Below are positions 9,923-19,243 of a stretch of 32,000 nt of DNA, piece after piece. A program made the translations under genes and the position numbers. The notes under the pieces are model-generated. The model worked only from the letters and a program-made list of their open reading frames with translations. It was not told where the DNA came from and searched no databases. Each line of letters starts with the position of its first letter. Position 1 is the stretch's first letter. Source of the DNA: Desulfocapsa sulfexigens DSM 10523 (GTDB lineage Bacteria; Desulfobacterota; Desulfobulbia; Desulfobulbales; Desulfocapsaceae); NCBI RefSeq assembly GCF_000341395.1, contig NC_020304.1:1290001-1322000 (forward strand). Reading direction: 5' to 3'.

Positions 9923-11002
9923 ATGGAAGACCAGGCAGGTAATATGGAATTGATTTCCGGGCTCAGCAGGCGCGGCTTTTTGAAGGGCTGCACCTTGGCT
10001 GCTGCCGCGCTCGGCCTCTCGGAGGCTATGATTCCTAAATTACTGGAGGCGGCAGAGTCGGCGCAGCGACCGACGGTTATCTGGCTCCATTTTCAGGAAT
10101 GTACAGGATGTACCGAGAGTCTCCTTCGAGGTTCCCACCCAGATATAGGAAGATTACTCTTAGACGTTATTTCACTTGATTACCATGAGACTGTAATGGT
10201 TCCGTCCGGTCATCAGGCAGAAAAAAGTCTTCACGATTCTGTGGAGAAAAATAAAGGTAAATTTGTTCTGGTGGTCGAGGGAGCAATTCCAACTGCGGAT
10301 AATGGAAATTTTTGTAAAATTGCGGGCCGCACTGCCATGGATATTCTGGCTGAGGTCGGCCCCAAGGCAGCAGCGGTTATTTCACTTGGAACATGCGCTG
10401 CTTTTGGTGGTATTCAGGCTGCAGATCCCAATCCAACGGGTGCTAAGGGTGTGCAGGATCTTCTTTCCGGAGTTCCAATTGTCAATATCCCGGGTTGTCC
10501 TCCTAATCCGGTGACCTTTCTTGGCACGGTTCTTCATTACCTGACTTTCAAGCGTCTGCCCAATTGCGATAATCTTGGAAGACCTCTTTTTGCCTATGGC
10601 AGAAGAATTCATGATCATTGTGAGCGTCGTGCTCATTTTGACGAAGGTCGCTTTGCTGAAGAGTTTGGTGATTATGGGCACAAAAACGGCTACTGCCTCT
10701 ACAAGGTTGGTTGCAAGGGGCCGGAAACTTTTTCTAATTGTCCGGCAGCCCGTTTTAATGATGTCGATGTCTGGCCTGTCTCTGTCGGTCATGGCTGCAT
10801 CGGTTGTACTGAGCCAAATTTCTGGGATTCCATGACTCCTTTCTATGAAAGATTGCCACATGTTAAAATTCCTGGAACCGGGATTATAGCCGATGCTGAC
10901 AGTGCAGGTAAGAAGATTCTCGGTGTGGCGGCGGCAGGTGCTGCAATTCATGCTGCGGTTGGAATCGGGAAGGCTAAGCTGAAGGGGAAAGATAAAGAAT
11001 AA
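9923..11002 (+). CDS. hyaA: [NiFe]-hydrogenase small subunit, Tat-exported, membrane-anchored (group 1)
   Basis: Twin-arginine signal LSRRGFLKG..AAALGL. Proximal cluster motif ECTGCTES and further Cys ligands (GTCA.FGG, GCPP, HDHCER, CLYKVGCKGP, CP, GHGCIGC). C-terminal hydrophobic anchor ILGVAAAGAAIHAAVGIG. The start was chosen at the ATG preceded by AAGGAG; the ORF track begins at 9887. Confidence 0.93.
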   Translation: MEDQAGNMELISGLSRRGFLKGCTLAAAALGLSEAMIPKLLEAAESAQRPTVIWLHFQECTGCTESLLRGSHPDIGRLLLDVISLDYHETVMVPSGHQAEKSLHDSVEKNKGKFVLVVEGAIPTADNGNFCKIAGRTAMDILAEVGPKAAAVISLGTCAAFGGIQAADPNPTGAKGVQDLLSGVPIVNIPGCPPNPVTFLGTVLHYLTFKRLPNCDNLGRPLFAYGRRIHDHCERRAHFDEGRFAEEFGDYGHKNGYCLYKVGCKGPETFSNCPAARFNDVDVWPVSVGHGCIGCTEPNFWDSMTPFYERLPHVKIPGTGIIADADSAGKKILGVAAAGAAIHAAVGIGKAKLKGKDKE

Positions 11003-11110
11003 GAAGACAGGTACTGAAAAAAATCCAGGCTGAAGAGCGAAGGAAGGATTTGTACTTTCTGCTTGTAGCCTTCAGTTTCATAACCTGAGAATAAACATCG
11101 AGAGGACATA

Positions 11111-12811
11111 ATGGCTCAGCGAATCACCATCGACCCCATAACCAGAATTGAGGGTCATTTACGAATAGATGCAGAAGTAGACGGAGGCCAGGTAACGAAA
11201 GCCTGGTCGTCAGGTCAGATGTGGCGTGGTATTGAAACTATTCTCAAGGGACGGGATCCGCGAGATGCCTGGCTTTTTACCCAGCGCATCTGTGGGGTGT
11301 GTACCACGGTGCATGCTCTGGCTTCGGTGCGGGCTGTGGAGAATGCTCTGAAGCTAGAGATTCCTTTGAATGCCCAGTATATCCGTAATATTGTAATGGC
11401 CATCCATGCACTACAGGATCATATTGTCCATTTTTATGTGCTCTCGGCACTTGATTGGGTGGATGTGGTTTCAGCTCTTTCCGCTGATCCGAAAAAGACA
11501 GCAGCGCTTGCTAATTCACTTTCCGAGTGGCCGAATAACAGTGCCAAGCGCTTTGCTGCCGTTCAGGGTAAGGTGAAAGCACTGGTTGAGAGTGGACAAC
11601 TTGGCCCCTTTGCCAATGGCTATTGGGGACATCCCGCCATGAAGCTTCCACCCGAAGCAAATCTTATGGCGGTTTCTCATTATCTTGAGTCACTTGATTA
11701 TCAAAGAAAGGCCACCCAGGCACTGGGTATTATTTCAGGAAAAAACCCGCATATTCAGAATCTTTCCGTTGGCGGTGTCACCACCGCGCTGAACCCGGAC
11801 AGTGATTCAGCTCTGAACATGGAACGTCTCTATTGGATTAAGCAGCTGATTCAAGAGGTTCGTGGGTTTATTCAGCAGGTTTACCTGCCCGATGTGGTTG
11901 CAGTTGGTGCCCTCTATAAAGACTGGCTTCCGTATGGAGCTGGAGTAACCAATTATCTGGCGGTACCGGATATGGTACTCAATGCCAAGGCCACGGAGTT
12001 TGATCTTCCCGGTGGAACCATTATGAATGGTGATTTAGGCACCGTAAAGGGCATCACCTCGTTTAATGATGATTATTTCCGGGATAACGTGGTGGAGAAT
12101 ATTGCCCATGCCTGGTACAAGGGCGATTGGTCTAAGCATCCCTATGAAGAGGATGATGTCCCCAATTACACAGAATTTCAGGATGACGGAAAGTATTCCT
12201 GGATTAAGGCACCTCGTTTTCAGGGACAGCCCATGCAGGTTGGACCGCTTTCTCAGATGCTGGTTGGTTATGCACAGGGACACAAACCCATTATCGAAAA
12301 CGTTAATAATGCATTATCTCTGGTTTCGAGCGTGGCAGGGGTTACCGTCGGGCCTGAAGTGCTGCACTCAACCCTTGGTCGTCATGTGGCCCGAGCGGTT
12401 CGTGCGTCCATGCTTGGTGATCTTGCCCTTAAGCACTGGGATCTGCTGGTTGACAATATCGGTAAAGGGGATCTTGAGATCTTTAACAAGCCGGTCTTCC
12501 CGCAGGGTGAACAGCAGGGCTATGGTATCCATGAGGCTCCCCGTGGTGTTCTGTCGCACTGGGTTGTTATTCAGGATGGAAAAATTAAAAATTATCAGTG
12601 TGTTGTTCCCTCCACCTGGAATGCTGGTCCGCGCGATGAAAAAGGTGTTGCAGGACCCTACGAGGCATCTTTGCTCGGTAATCCTGTGGCTGATGCTGAA
12701 AAACCCCTTGAGGTTCTGCGTACCATTCACTCCTTTGATCCCTGTATCGCCTGTGCCGTGCATACAGTGGATGCAAATGGGGTGGAGTTATCAAAGGTGA
12801 AAGCATTATAA
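11111..12811 (+). CDS. hyaB: [NiFe]-hydrogenase large subunit (group 1)
   Basis: 566 aa. N-terminal Ni-binding RICGVCTTVH and C-terminal DPCIACAVH, followed by a 15-aa extension (TVDANGVELSKVKAL) of the kind removed by the maturation endopeptidase. The active-site position is Cys, not an in-frame TGA. Confidence 0.95.
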   Translation: MAQRITIDPITRIEGHLRIDAEVDGGQVTKAWSSGQMWRGIETILKGRDPRDAWLFTQRICGVCTTVHALASVRAVENALKLEIPLNAQYIRNIVMAIHALQDHIVHFYVLSALDWVDVVSALSADPKKTAALANSLSEWPNNSAKRFAAVQGKVKALVESGQLGPFANGYWGHPAMKLPPEANLMAVSHYLESLDYQRKATQALGIISGKNPHIQNLSVGGVTTALNPDSDSALNMERLYWIKQLIQEVRGFIQQVYLPDVVAVGALYKDWLPYGAGVTNYLAVPDMVLNAKATEFDLPGGTIMNGDLGTVKGITSFNDDYFRDNVVENIAHAWYKGDWSKHPYEEDDVPNYTEFQDDGKYSWIKAPRFQGQPMQVGPLSQMLVGYAQGHKPIIENVNNALSLVSSVAGVTVGPEVLHSTLGRHVARAVRASMLGDLALKHWDLLVDNIGKGDLEIFNKPVFPQGEQQGYGIHEAPRGVLSHWVVIQDGKIKNYQCVVPSTWNAGPRDEKGVAGPYEASLLGNPVADAEKPLEVLRTIHSFDPCIACAVHTVDANGVELSKVKAL

Positions 12812-12843
12812 GGATTTGATTCCTTTTAATCTAGGGGGTTGTT

Positions 12844-13488
12844 ATGAACTATGAAGTGAAGAATGTCTGGAGTGTTTTGCTCCGGCTGTATCATTGGGCC
12901 CTGGTCCTGTCCATTGTCGCTCTGGTGGTGACCGGATTTTATATAAATAATCCGTGGACAAATACGACCTTGGAAGGAAGCGTGTCATTTCCCATGGCCG
13001 TTATGCGTTATATTCACTTTGTGGCCGGGTATCTCTTTACTGCGGCGGTGCTGGTGAGAATATTTTTGTTTGTCTTTGGTAACAAACAGGAACGAATCAT
13101 GGACATCCTGCCCGTAACTCCAAGAAACTTAAAAAGCCTTGCTACAACAATTGGCTATTACAGCTACCTCAGTGAAAAGCATGACAGCCGCCTGGGTCAT
13201 AATACCCTGGCAGGGATTTTCTATCTCATCACCATCATAGCTGCCCTTTTTCAGCTGGCCAGTGGTTTTTATATGCTGTACCCCGAAGCTGGGTTCTGGC
13301 AGGGGATGGGAGGAACGCTTTTCGGATCTCAGCAGGAAGGGCGTTTTCTGCATCATTTGTTGATGTGGTATTTCATTCTCTTTGCCTTTGCCCATGTGTA
13401 TATGGTGGTTTGGAATGACCTGAAGTCTCCGGAAGGACTTGTTTCTTCAATATTTACAGGAAAGAAGTTTAAGCGTAAGAATGCCTGA
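12844..13488 (+). CDS. hyaC: Ni/Fe-hydrogenase b-type cytochrome subunit
   Basis: 214 aa with four predicted TM helices and conserved His residues (RLYHW, RYIHF, HHLLMW, FAHVY). Its position directly after the large subunit fits this call. Confidence 0.85.
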   Translation: MNYEVKNVWSVLLRLYHWALVLSIVALVVTGFYINNPWTNTTLEGSVSFPMAVMRYIHFVAGYLFTAAVLVRIFLFVFGNKQERIMDILPVTPRNLKSLATTIGYYSYLSEKHDSRLGHNTLAGIFYLITIIAALFQLASGFYMLYPEAGFWQGMGGTLFGSQQEGRFLHHLLMWYFILFAFAHVYMVVWNDLKSPEGLVSSIFTGKKFKRKNA

Positions 13489-15811
13489 ACCTGTCCTTCG
13501 AATGGAAATCATCGCCCTGGGTACTGTCCAGGGCGTTGGTTTCCGTCCCTTTGTATATCGTCTGGCTCGTAAATGGAACGTTACCGGTACCATCCTGAAT
13601 ACTGACCAGGGCGTTGTTATTGAGGTGGAAGGCAAAGAACCTTCCGTCCAGAGTTTTATCAATACGCTCAGTATGTCTCCTCCTCCACTGGCACGCATTA
13701 CATCTTTGCACCAGCATCAGCATCATTCTTTAAAAGGATTTAAAGAATTTTCCATCCTGAAAAGTATGTCGCTTCACAAGAGTCAGGCTTTAATCCCGGC
13801 AGATGTAGCTTTGTGTAAGGACTGTCTTGATGATATTCTTGATCCGCACAATAGACGATTCTCCTATCCTTTTACCAACTGCACCAACTGCGGACCACGT
13901 TTCACTATTGTAGAAACTATTCCCTACGATCGACTGGGTACCTCCATGAAGTCTTTCCCACTCTGTTCGCAATGCAGAATGGAATATGAGGATCCCGGGA
14001 ATAGGCGCTTTCATGCCCAGCCAAATGCATGTGCAGAATGCGGGCCACAGTTGTCCTATCACGATGCAGACGGGAAAAAGCTTAAAGCCTTTTCTCCTTT
14101 GGAGGAAGTTGCTCGTTCCCTTAAACAGGGACAAATTGTGGCAATGCGCGGTTTAGGTGGTTTCCATCTGGTGGTGGATGCTGGTTCGGAAGAGGCTGTT
14201 ACAAGGTTACGCAAACGCAAGGGAAGAAAGTCCAAGCCTCTCGCGGTAATGACAGCCAGTGTGGATGAAGTAAACCGATTTTGCATCTTGGACAATACTG
14301 CAGCGGAGCTTCTGCAGGGAGTGGAGCGTCCCATAGTTCTTTTACCCCGAAAAGAGTCTTGTCTGGCTGAGGCGGTTACACCGGGAATCGCAGAGATTGG
14401 AGTAATGCTCCCCTACACACCACTGCATCAGTTACTGTTTCTGCAGCCGGATTGTCCTCGCACCCTTGTTATGACCAGCGGTAATAGAAGTGGAGCACCC
14501 ATTTTTACGGCGAATAAGGCAGCGGTGGAGGGACTTTGTGGGATTGCGGACTGTTTTCTGCTTCATAACAGGGAGATCATGACGCGAGTTGATGATTCTG
14601 TTGCAAGAATCAGTCGTCGAGGAGTGCAACTGTTGCGGCGTGCCCGTGGCTATGTTCCGGCGGCAACAGTTCTTCAACAAGAGTTTCCCTCCATTCTTGC
14701 CTGTGGTGGAGGGCTCAAATCCACTTTTTGTCTCACCAGAGGCAGTGAGGCGTTTCTCAGCCAGCATATCGGGGATCTTTTTAATCTGGAATCATTGGAT
14801 TTTTATAGAGAAAGCATATATCATTTCAAGAGACTCCTGCAGGTGGAACCGGAGGCCGTTGTTTGCGATTTACATCCCGATTATCTGAGCAGCCATTATG
14901 CAAAAGAGTTGAACCTGCCACTGTATAAGATACAGCACCATCACGCCCATGCAGCAGCAGTATTAGCTGAACATGGAATAGAGGAAAAGGTTCTGGCCCT
15001 GGTTCTTGATGGGACTGGTTTGGGAGACGATAACAGCAGCTGGGGGGGGGAGGTACTCCTTGCTGATTGTCTCGATTATGAGCGAGTCGGGTCCTTGACA
15101 CCCATGCTGCTCCCCGGAGGGGACGCTGCTGCTGAGGAACCATGGCGTATGGGTTTGTCTCTGCTGTTTAATCTGGGGCAAAATGAGCCAGAAATACAAT
15201 TTGCAGAGAAGCAGAAACAACGAGCCCTGTGGCAGATGATGGAACAGGGGTTTAACTGTCCAGTCACCACCAGTTGCGGCCGTTTTTTTGATGGCATTGC
15301 AGCACTTCTTGGTGTCTGTTTACTGGCTGACTATGAAGGACAGGCTGCCATGGAACTCGAATCCCTGGCCTGGCGGGAAAAGGGAGGGCAGGATTTAGGT
15401 GGACTTCTTGAAAACTGTAGCTGGAAAGAAGCAACGGTCTGCTCAGACAATCGATTGATACTGCAGCAAGATATTTTGGTTCAGAAGGTGCTGAATCAAC
15501 TGACGGATGGTAGGGCGGCAGCGACTATTGCGCTTGACTTTCACCTCTGTCTTATCAGAAGTTTTTTTGATCTTTTATGTAAACTTGCAGAAAAAACTGG
15601 AGTTTCACATATTGTCCTTACTGGAGGGTGCATGCAGAATACACTTCTTCTTGAGGGACTTTTCATACTTCTGGAACAAAACAATTTTATCGTCCATACG
15701 GGGCAGCAGATACCGGTAAATGATGGTGGAATAGCTTTGGGCCAGGCGATTATTGGAGGTTTACGTCATGTGTCTGGCTGTACCCATGAAAGTAATAGAA
15801 ATCCAGGGTGA
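13481..15811 (+). CDS. hypF: Carbamoyltransferase HypF
   Basis: Acylphosphatase-like N-terminus (GTVQGVGFRPFVYRLA), two zinc-finger pairs (CKDC..x..CTNCGPRF; CSQC..x..CAECGPQL), a YrdC-like domain and a Kae1-like domain. The ATG at 13481 overlaps the hyaC stop (ATGCCTGA); the ORF track starts at 13439. Confidence 0.92.
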   Translation: MPEPVLRMEIIALGTVQGVGFRPFVYRLARKWNVTGTILNTDQGVVIEVEGKEPSVQSFINTLSMSPPPLARITSLHQHQHHSLKGFKEFSILKSMSLHKSQALIPADVALCKDCLDDILDPHNRRFSYPFTNCTNCGPRFTIVETIPYDRLGTSMKSFPLCSQCRMEYEDPGNRRFHAQPNACAECGPQLSYHDADGKKLKAFSPLEEVARSLKQGQIVAMRGLGGFHLVVDAGSEEAVTRLRKRKGRKSKPLAVMTASVDEVNRFCILDNTAAELLQGVERPIVLLPRKESCLAEAVTPGIAEIGVMLPYTPLHQLLFLQPDCPRTLVMTSGNRSGAPIFTANKAAVEGLCGIADCFLLHNREIMTRVDDSVARISRRGVQLLRRARGYVPAATVLQQEFPSILACGGGLKSTFCLTRGSEAFLSQHIGDLFNLESLDFYRESIYHFKRLLQVEPEAVVCDLHPDYLSSHYAKELNLPLYKIQHHHAHAAAVLAEHGIEEKVLALVLDGTGLGDDNSSWGGEVLLADCLDYERVGSLTPMLLPGGDAAAEEPWRMGLSLLFNLGQNEPEIQFAEKQKQRALWQMMEQGFNCPVTTSCGRFFDGIAALLGVCLLADYEGQAAMELESLAWREKGGQDLGGLLENCSWKEATVCSDNRLILQQDILVQKVLNQLTDGRAAATIALDFHLCLIRSFFDLLCKLAEKTGVSHIVLTGGCMQNTLLLEGLFILLEQNNFIVHTGQQIPVNDGGIALGQAIIGGLRHVSGCTHESNRNPG

Positions 15812-16043
15812 TCCTGATGATTTTTTAAGCGGACAGATTGCGCTGGTTGATGCCGATGGTATCAGGAAAGAGACACGGCTTGATATTGTTGATCGCTGGC
15901 CGGATCTTGGTGATTACCTTATCATTCATGCAGGTTTTGCCATCCACACCCTTGATCCGCAGGAGGCAGAGACCAATATTCGTCTTATGCGGGAAATGGC
16001 TGAAAAAGTAGAAGCTGCCGAAGCAGTGGAACAAAGAACATGA
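15768..16043 (+). CDS. hypC: Hydrogenase maturation factor HypC
   Basis: Canonical MCLAVPMKV N-terminus with the essential Cys2. About 91 aa. It overlaps the hypF 3' end by 44 nt. Confidence 0.9.
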   Translation: MCLAVPMKVIEIQGDPDDFLSGQIALVDADGIRKETRLDIVDRWPDLGDYLIIHAGFAIHTLDPQEAETNIRLMREMAEKVEAAEAVEQRT

Positions 16044-17125
16044 AGTATCTTGATGAATTTCGGGATCAGACTCTTGCCGAGCCCCTTTTGAAAGAATTGC
16101 GCAGGAGCGTAACGAAACCTTTTCGGGTGATGGAGGTGTGCGGTACTCATACCATGTCCATTTTTCGCAGTGGTTTACGGACATTACTTCCAGAAGAAAT
16201 AGAGCTGATATCCGGGCCGGGTTGTCCGGTGTGTGTGACTTCTGCCTCCCATATTGATGCTATCCTGGCCATGGCTGAATTGCAGAATACGCGAATTGCA
16301 CTGTTTGGCGATCTGTTTCGGGTTCCAGGCAGCAACGGCTTGTCCCTTGCCAATGCTTCTTCCCAGGGGGCAAAGGTTGACATCGTTTACTCACCCATGG
16401 ATAGTCTGAATCTGGCTCGAAAATATCCCGAGGAACTGATTGTTTTTCTAGGTGTGGGATTTGAAACAACAACTCCCGGAATAGCCGCCACCATTCTGGC
16501 GGCAAAGAACAGTGCTCTTGATAATTTTGCAGTCTTCTCCACCCATAAGACGATGCCTCCACCGTTACTCGCTCTTCTTGATGATCCGGAGTTGCAGATA
16601 GATGGACTTCTTTGTCCCGGACATGTGAGCAGTATTATCGGGGCAGGGGCCTATCAGCCACTGGCTGATACATACAAACTTGCCTGTGTGGTCGGGGGGT
16701 TTGAACCGGCGGATATCCTCCAGGCGTTAATCCTGATGGCCAGACAAATTGCCAACGGTGAGGCTCGTGTGGAGAATGCTTACACTCGTGCTGTGCGCTG
16801 GGAAGAAAACAGCAGGGCGCAGCAGATGGTCAGGGCCATTTTTAAAACCGCTGATATGGAATGGCGTGGTCTTGGGGTGATTCCTGAGAGTGGCCTGGCC
16901 ATCCGGGAAGAGTACAGTCATTACGATGCGGAAAGACGCTTGAATATCAAGCTCACGCCAGCTACAGAGCCAAAAGGATGTCGTTGTGGGGAAATTCTGA
17001 AAGGAAAGGAAGTACCTTCTCAGTGTCCTCTCTATGGGAAACGTTGCACCCCTGGCAATCCTGTTGGTCCCTGCATGGTGTCCAGTGAAGGAACCTGTGC
17101 AGCTTTTTTTAAGTATACTCAATAA
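16040..17125 (+). CDS. hypD: Hydrogenase maturation factor HypD
   Basis: 361 aa with MEVCGTHT, GPGCPVCV, FETT, and the C-terminal CxxG...C Fe-S motif (CRCGEILKG...PVGPCMVSSEGTCAA). ATGA overlap with hypC. Confidence 0.93.
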   Translation: MKYLDEFRDQTLAEPLLKELRRSVTKPFRVMEVCGTHTMSIFRSGLRTLLPEEIELISGPGCPVCVTSASHIDAILAMAELQNTRIALFGDLFRVPGSNGLSLANASSQGAKVDIVYSPMDSLNLARKYPEELIVFLGVGFETTTPGIAATILAAKNSALDNFAVFSTHKTMPPPLLALLDDPELQIDGLLCPGHVSSIIGAGAYQPLADTYKLACVVGGFEPADILQALILMARQIANGEARVENAYTRAVRWEENSRAQQMVRAIFKTADMEWRGLGVIPESGLAIREEYSHYDAERRLNIKLTPATEPKGCRCGEILKGKEVPSQCPLYGKRCTPGNPVGPCMVSSEGTCAAFFKYTQ

Positions 17126-17165
17126 TGGTTCATGAGTTCTTACTGACTCCAAATGTTGGGGTGAC

Positions 17166-17240
17166 GCCCTGGCCCGTACTTTCTTCTCAAACGTCCTCAC
17201 TACGCTGTGGATTGTTTGAGAAGAAAGTACGGCGCAGGGC
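17166..17240. repeat. Large near-perfect inverted repeat (27-nt arms, 25/27 complementary, 21-nt loop) in the hypD-hypE spacer
   Basis: The left arm GCCCTGGCCCGTACTTTCTTCTCAAAC (17166-17192) pairs with the right arm GTTTGAGAAGAAAGTACGGCGCAGGGC (17214-17240). Only a GC/CG dinucleotide swap mismatches. Read directly from the sequence. Confidence 0.8.
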
Positions 17241-17290
17241 TGTCGAATTGGGTCGTATAATTATTATTAACTAAACAACTGCAGGTATAT

Positions 17291-18310
17291 ATGAATCCCG
17301 GAAATACGATCCTTCTTGATCATGGCAGTGGTGGCATTGCCAGTCAGGAGTTGATCTCTCAGATTTTTTTAAAACACTTGGATAACAGCATCCTTGCATC
17401 TTTGGAAGATAGTGCTGTAATGGAGAATCATCCAGGAAAAATTGCCTTCAGTACTGATAGTTATGTGGTTGATCCGATTTTCTTTCCAGGAGGCAATATC
17501 GGCACACTGGCTGTTCATGGCACCATTAATGATCTTACCATGCGTGGGGCACGTCCGCTCTGTTTGAGTCTTGGTTTGATTTTGGAAGAGGGGTTCAAAC
17601 TTGACGATCTGGAGCGGGTTATTGTTTCCATTGCAGAGTGTGCAAAGTCCGCCGATGTTCCTATTGTTACCGGGGATACCAAGGTTGTTCCTCGAGGGAA
17701 ATGTGATAAAATTTTTATTAATACTTCAGGGATTGGAATTGTGGAAGATGGGGTAAACGTTTCGTCCACAATGGCACAGGAGGGGGATCTTATTCTTCTT
17801 TCCGGTTCCATGGGGGACCATGGCATAACGATTATGACCAGACGTGCAGGAATCAGTCTGGATGGGAATCTTGCCAGCGACTCTGCCGCACTTAACGAAC
17901 TGGTTGCCCTGCTTCTTGATAAGCTCCCTTCTGGGAGTCTTCACACCCTTCGTGATCCCACCCGTGGCGGGGTTGCGACATCGTTGAATGAAATTGCAGC
18001 AGCTGCCGGGCTTGCTGTTGAAATAGATGATCAGGCCATCCCAGTAAAACCTGAGGTGCGTGCCGCTTGCGAGATTATGGGGCTCGATCCACTGTATCTT
18101 GCCAATGAAGGGAAATGCCTTGCACTGGTTGCACCAGAACAGGCAGCGAAGGCTCTACAGCTTATGCGTTCCACCGCTGTGGGTACGGATGCTGCAATTA
18201 TCGGCAGTTTAAAAGCTGGAAAAGCTGGACAGGTCGTGTTGCGGACAGCCATTGGCGGGTCCAGAATCATTACTCCCCTTCATGGGGAGCCTCTTCCAAG
18301 AATTTGTTAA
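17291..18310 (+). CDS. hypE: Hydrogenase maturation factor HypE (carbamoyl dehydratase)
   Basis: 339 aa with a PurM-like fold pattern (LDHGSGG, GDTKVV, RDPTRGG) and the conserved C-terminal PRIC motif. Confidence 0.93.
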   Translation: MNPGNTILLDHGSGGIASQELISQIFLKHLDNSILASLEDSAVMENHPGKIAFSTDSYVVDPIFFPGGNIGTLAVHGTINDLTMRGARPLCLSLGLILEEGFKLDDLERVIVSIAECAKSADVPIVTGDTKVVPRGKCDKIFINTSGIGIVEDGVNVSSTMAQEGDLILLSGSMGDHGITIMTRRAGISLDGNLASDSAALNELVALLLDKLPSGSLHTLRDPTRGGVATSLNEIAAAAGLAVEIDDQAIPVKPEVRAACEIMGLDPLYLANEGKCLALVAPEQAAKALQLMRSTAVGTDAAIIGSLKAGKAGQVVLRTAIGGSRIITPLHGEPLPRIC

Positions 18311-18322
18311 GGAAACTATATA

Positions 18323-18835
18323 ATGGAAAGTAAGGCGAAAAATGCTGGTATATTAGGGATTGGCAATCTTCTGCTCTCCGACGAGAGTTTTGGCGTTCAT
18401 GTGACTGAATTTCTCGAAGAACATTATGTCTTTCCAGCATCGGTGACTATTCTTGATGGCGGTACAGCGGGCATTTATATGGCTCCTTTTCTTGAAGAGC
18501 ATGACCCTATTTTTGTGGTTGATGTGGTTAATCTTAAGGATGCCAAGCCCGGTACTCTCTGCACATTCACGGCCGAAGATGCTCGAAATGGATCCATGCA
18601 GCCCAGAATGTCACCGCATCAACTGGGTATTCTTGAGATTCTGGATATTTGCAGTTTGCGTGGCATAGAACCCGGGTGTGTGGAATTTTATTGTGTAGTT
18701 CCAGAAAGTCTGGCCACAGGGCTCGAAATGACGGAGGCAGTAGCTTCGAAAATTGAGAAGATTTCCGGTTTGCTGGTGGAGCGTCTTCAGAAAATGGGAC
18801 ATGAAATACGTTTAAAAGAGAAAGAACATGCATGA
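18323..18835 (+). CDS. hyaD: Hydrogenase maturation endopeptidase (HyaD/HybD family)
   Basis: 170 aa with ILGIGNLLLSDESFGVHV, DGGTAG and SPHQ motifs typical of the Ni-dependent C-terminal processing protease. Confidence 0.88.
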   Translation: MESKAKNAGILGIGNLLLSDESFGVHVTEFLEEHYVFPASVTILDGGTAGIYMAPFLEEHDPIFVVDVVNLKDAKPGTLCTFTAEDARNGSMQPRMSPHQLGILEILDICSLRGIEPGCVEFYCVVPESLATGLEMTEAVASKIEKISGLLVERLQKMGHEIRLKEKEHA

Positions 18836-19172
18836 GATGTCTCTAGTTCAGGGCTTGCTGGCTCAGCTCAATGAACTTGCACGGGAGCATGGAAAGGAAA
18901 AAGTGATCAGCGTCTCTATGGAGATTGGTCCCCTTTCCGGGGTGGTAATAGATTCATTTCAGTTTGGTTTTGATATTCTGGCTAAAGATGATGCGTTAAC
19001 CAGAGAGGCTAAATTGATCATAGAAAGCCCGCCAGCCATATACAGGTGTTTCGGTTGCGGAAGAGAGGTAGAGGCGTTACAGAGGCCAGAGAGGTGTTCT
19101 GAATGCTCGGAGACTCTGTTTTCACCACAGGGCGGAGATGGCCTTATTCTCCGTCAGGTAGAGATGGAATAA
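18828..19172 (+). CDS. hypA: Hydrogenase nickel incorporation protein HypA
   Basis: 114 aa with an MHEMSL N-terminus (Ni site) and a CxxC...CxxC zinc site (CFGCG...CSECS). It overlaps the protease gene stop (ATGCATGA). Confidence 0.9.
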   Translation: MHEMSLVQGLLAQLNELAREHGKEKVISVSMEIGPLSGVVIDSFQFGFDILAKDDALTREAKLIIESPPAIYRCFGCGREVEALQRPERCSECSETLFSPQGGDGLILRQVEME

Positions 19173-19243
19173 AAAGGAACAGCGGTAAGTAAGCCGGTTA
19201 AACGACTTTCACGAAATTATTTTCACTATGCTAAAGGAATATT

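Noticed and set aside
10080-10140. O2-tolerant (group 1d, six-Cys proximal cluster) hydrogenase
   Set aside because: The small subunit has ECTGCTES (Gly, not the extra Cys of the CTCC motif), which is the standard O2-sensitive pattern.
11052-11060. 9-nt match (GTACTTTCT) between the hyaA-hyaB spacer and the arm of the hypD-hypE inverted repeat, as evidence of a repeat family
   Set aside because: A single 9-mer match in 32 kb on two strands is close to chance expectation, and the flanking sequence does not match.
12700-12811. Possible [NiFeSe] hydrogenase or selenocysteine recoding in the large subunit
   Set aside because: The C-terminal active-site motif reads DPCIACAVH, with TGT/TGC Cys codons and no in-frame TGA. 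This is a plain [NiFe] enzyme.
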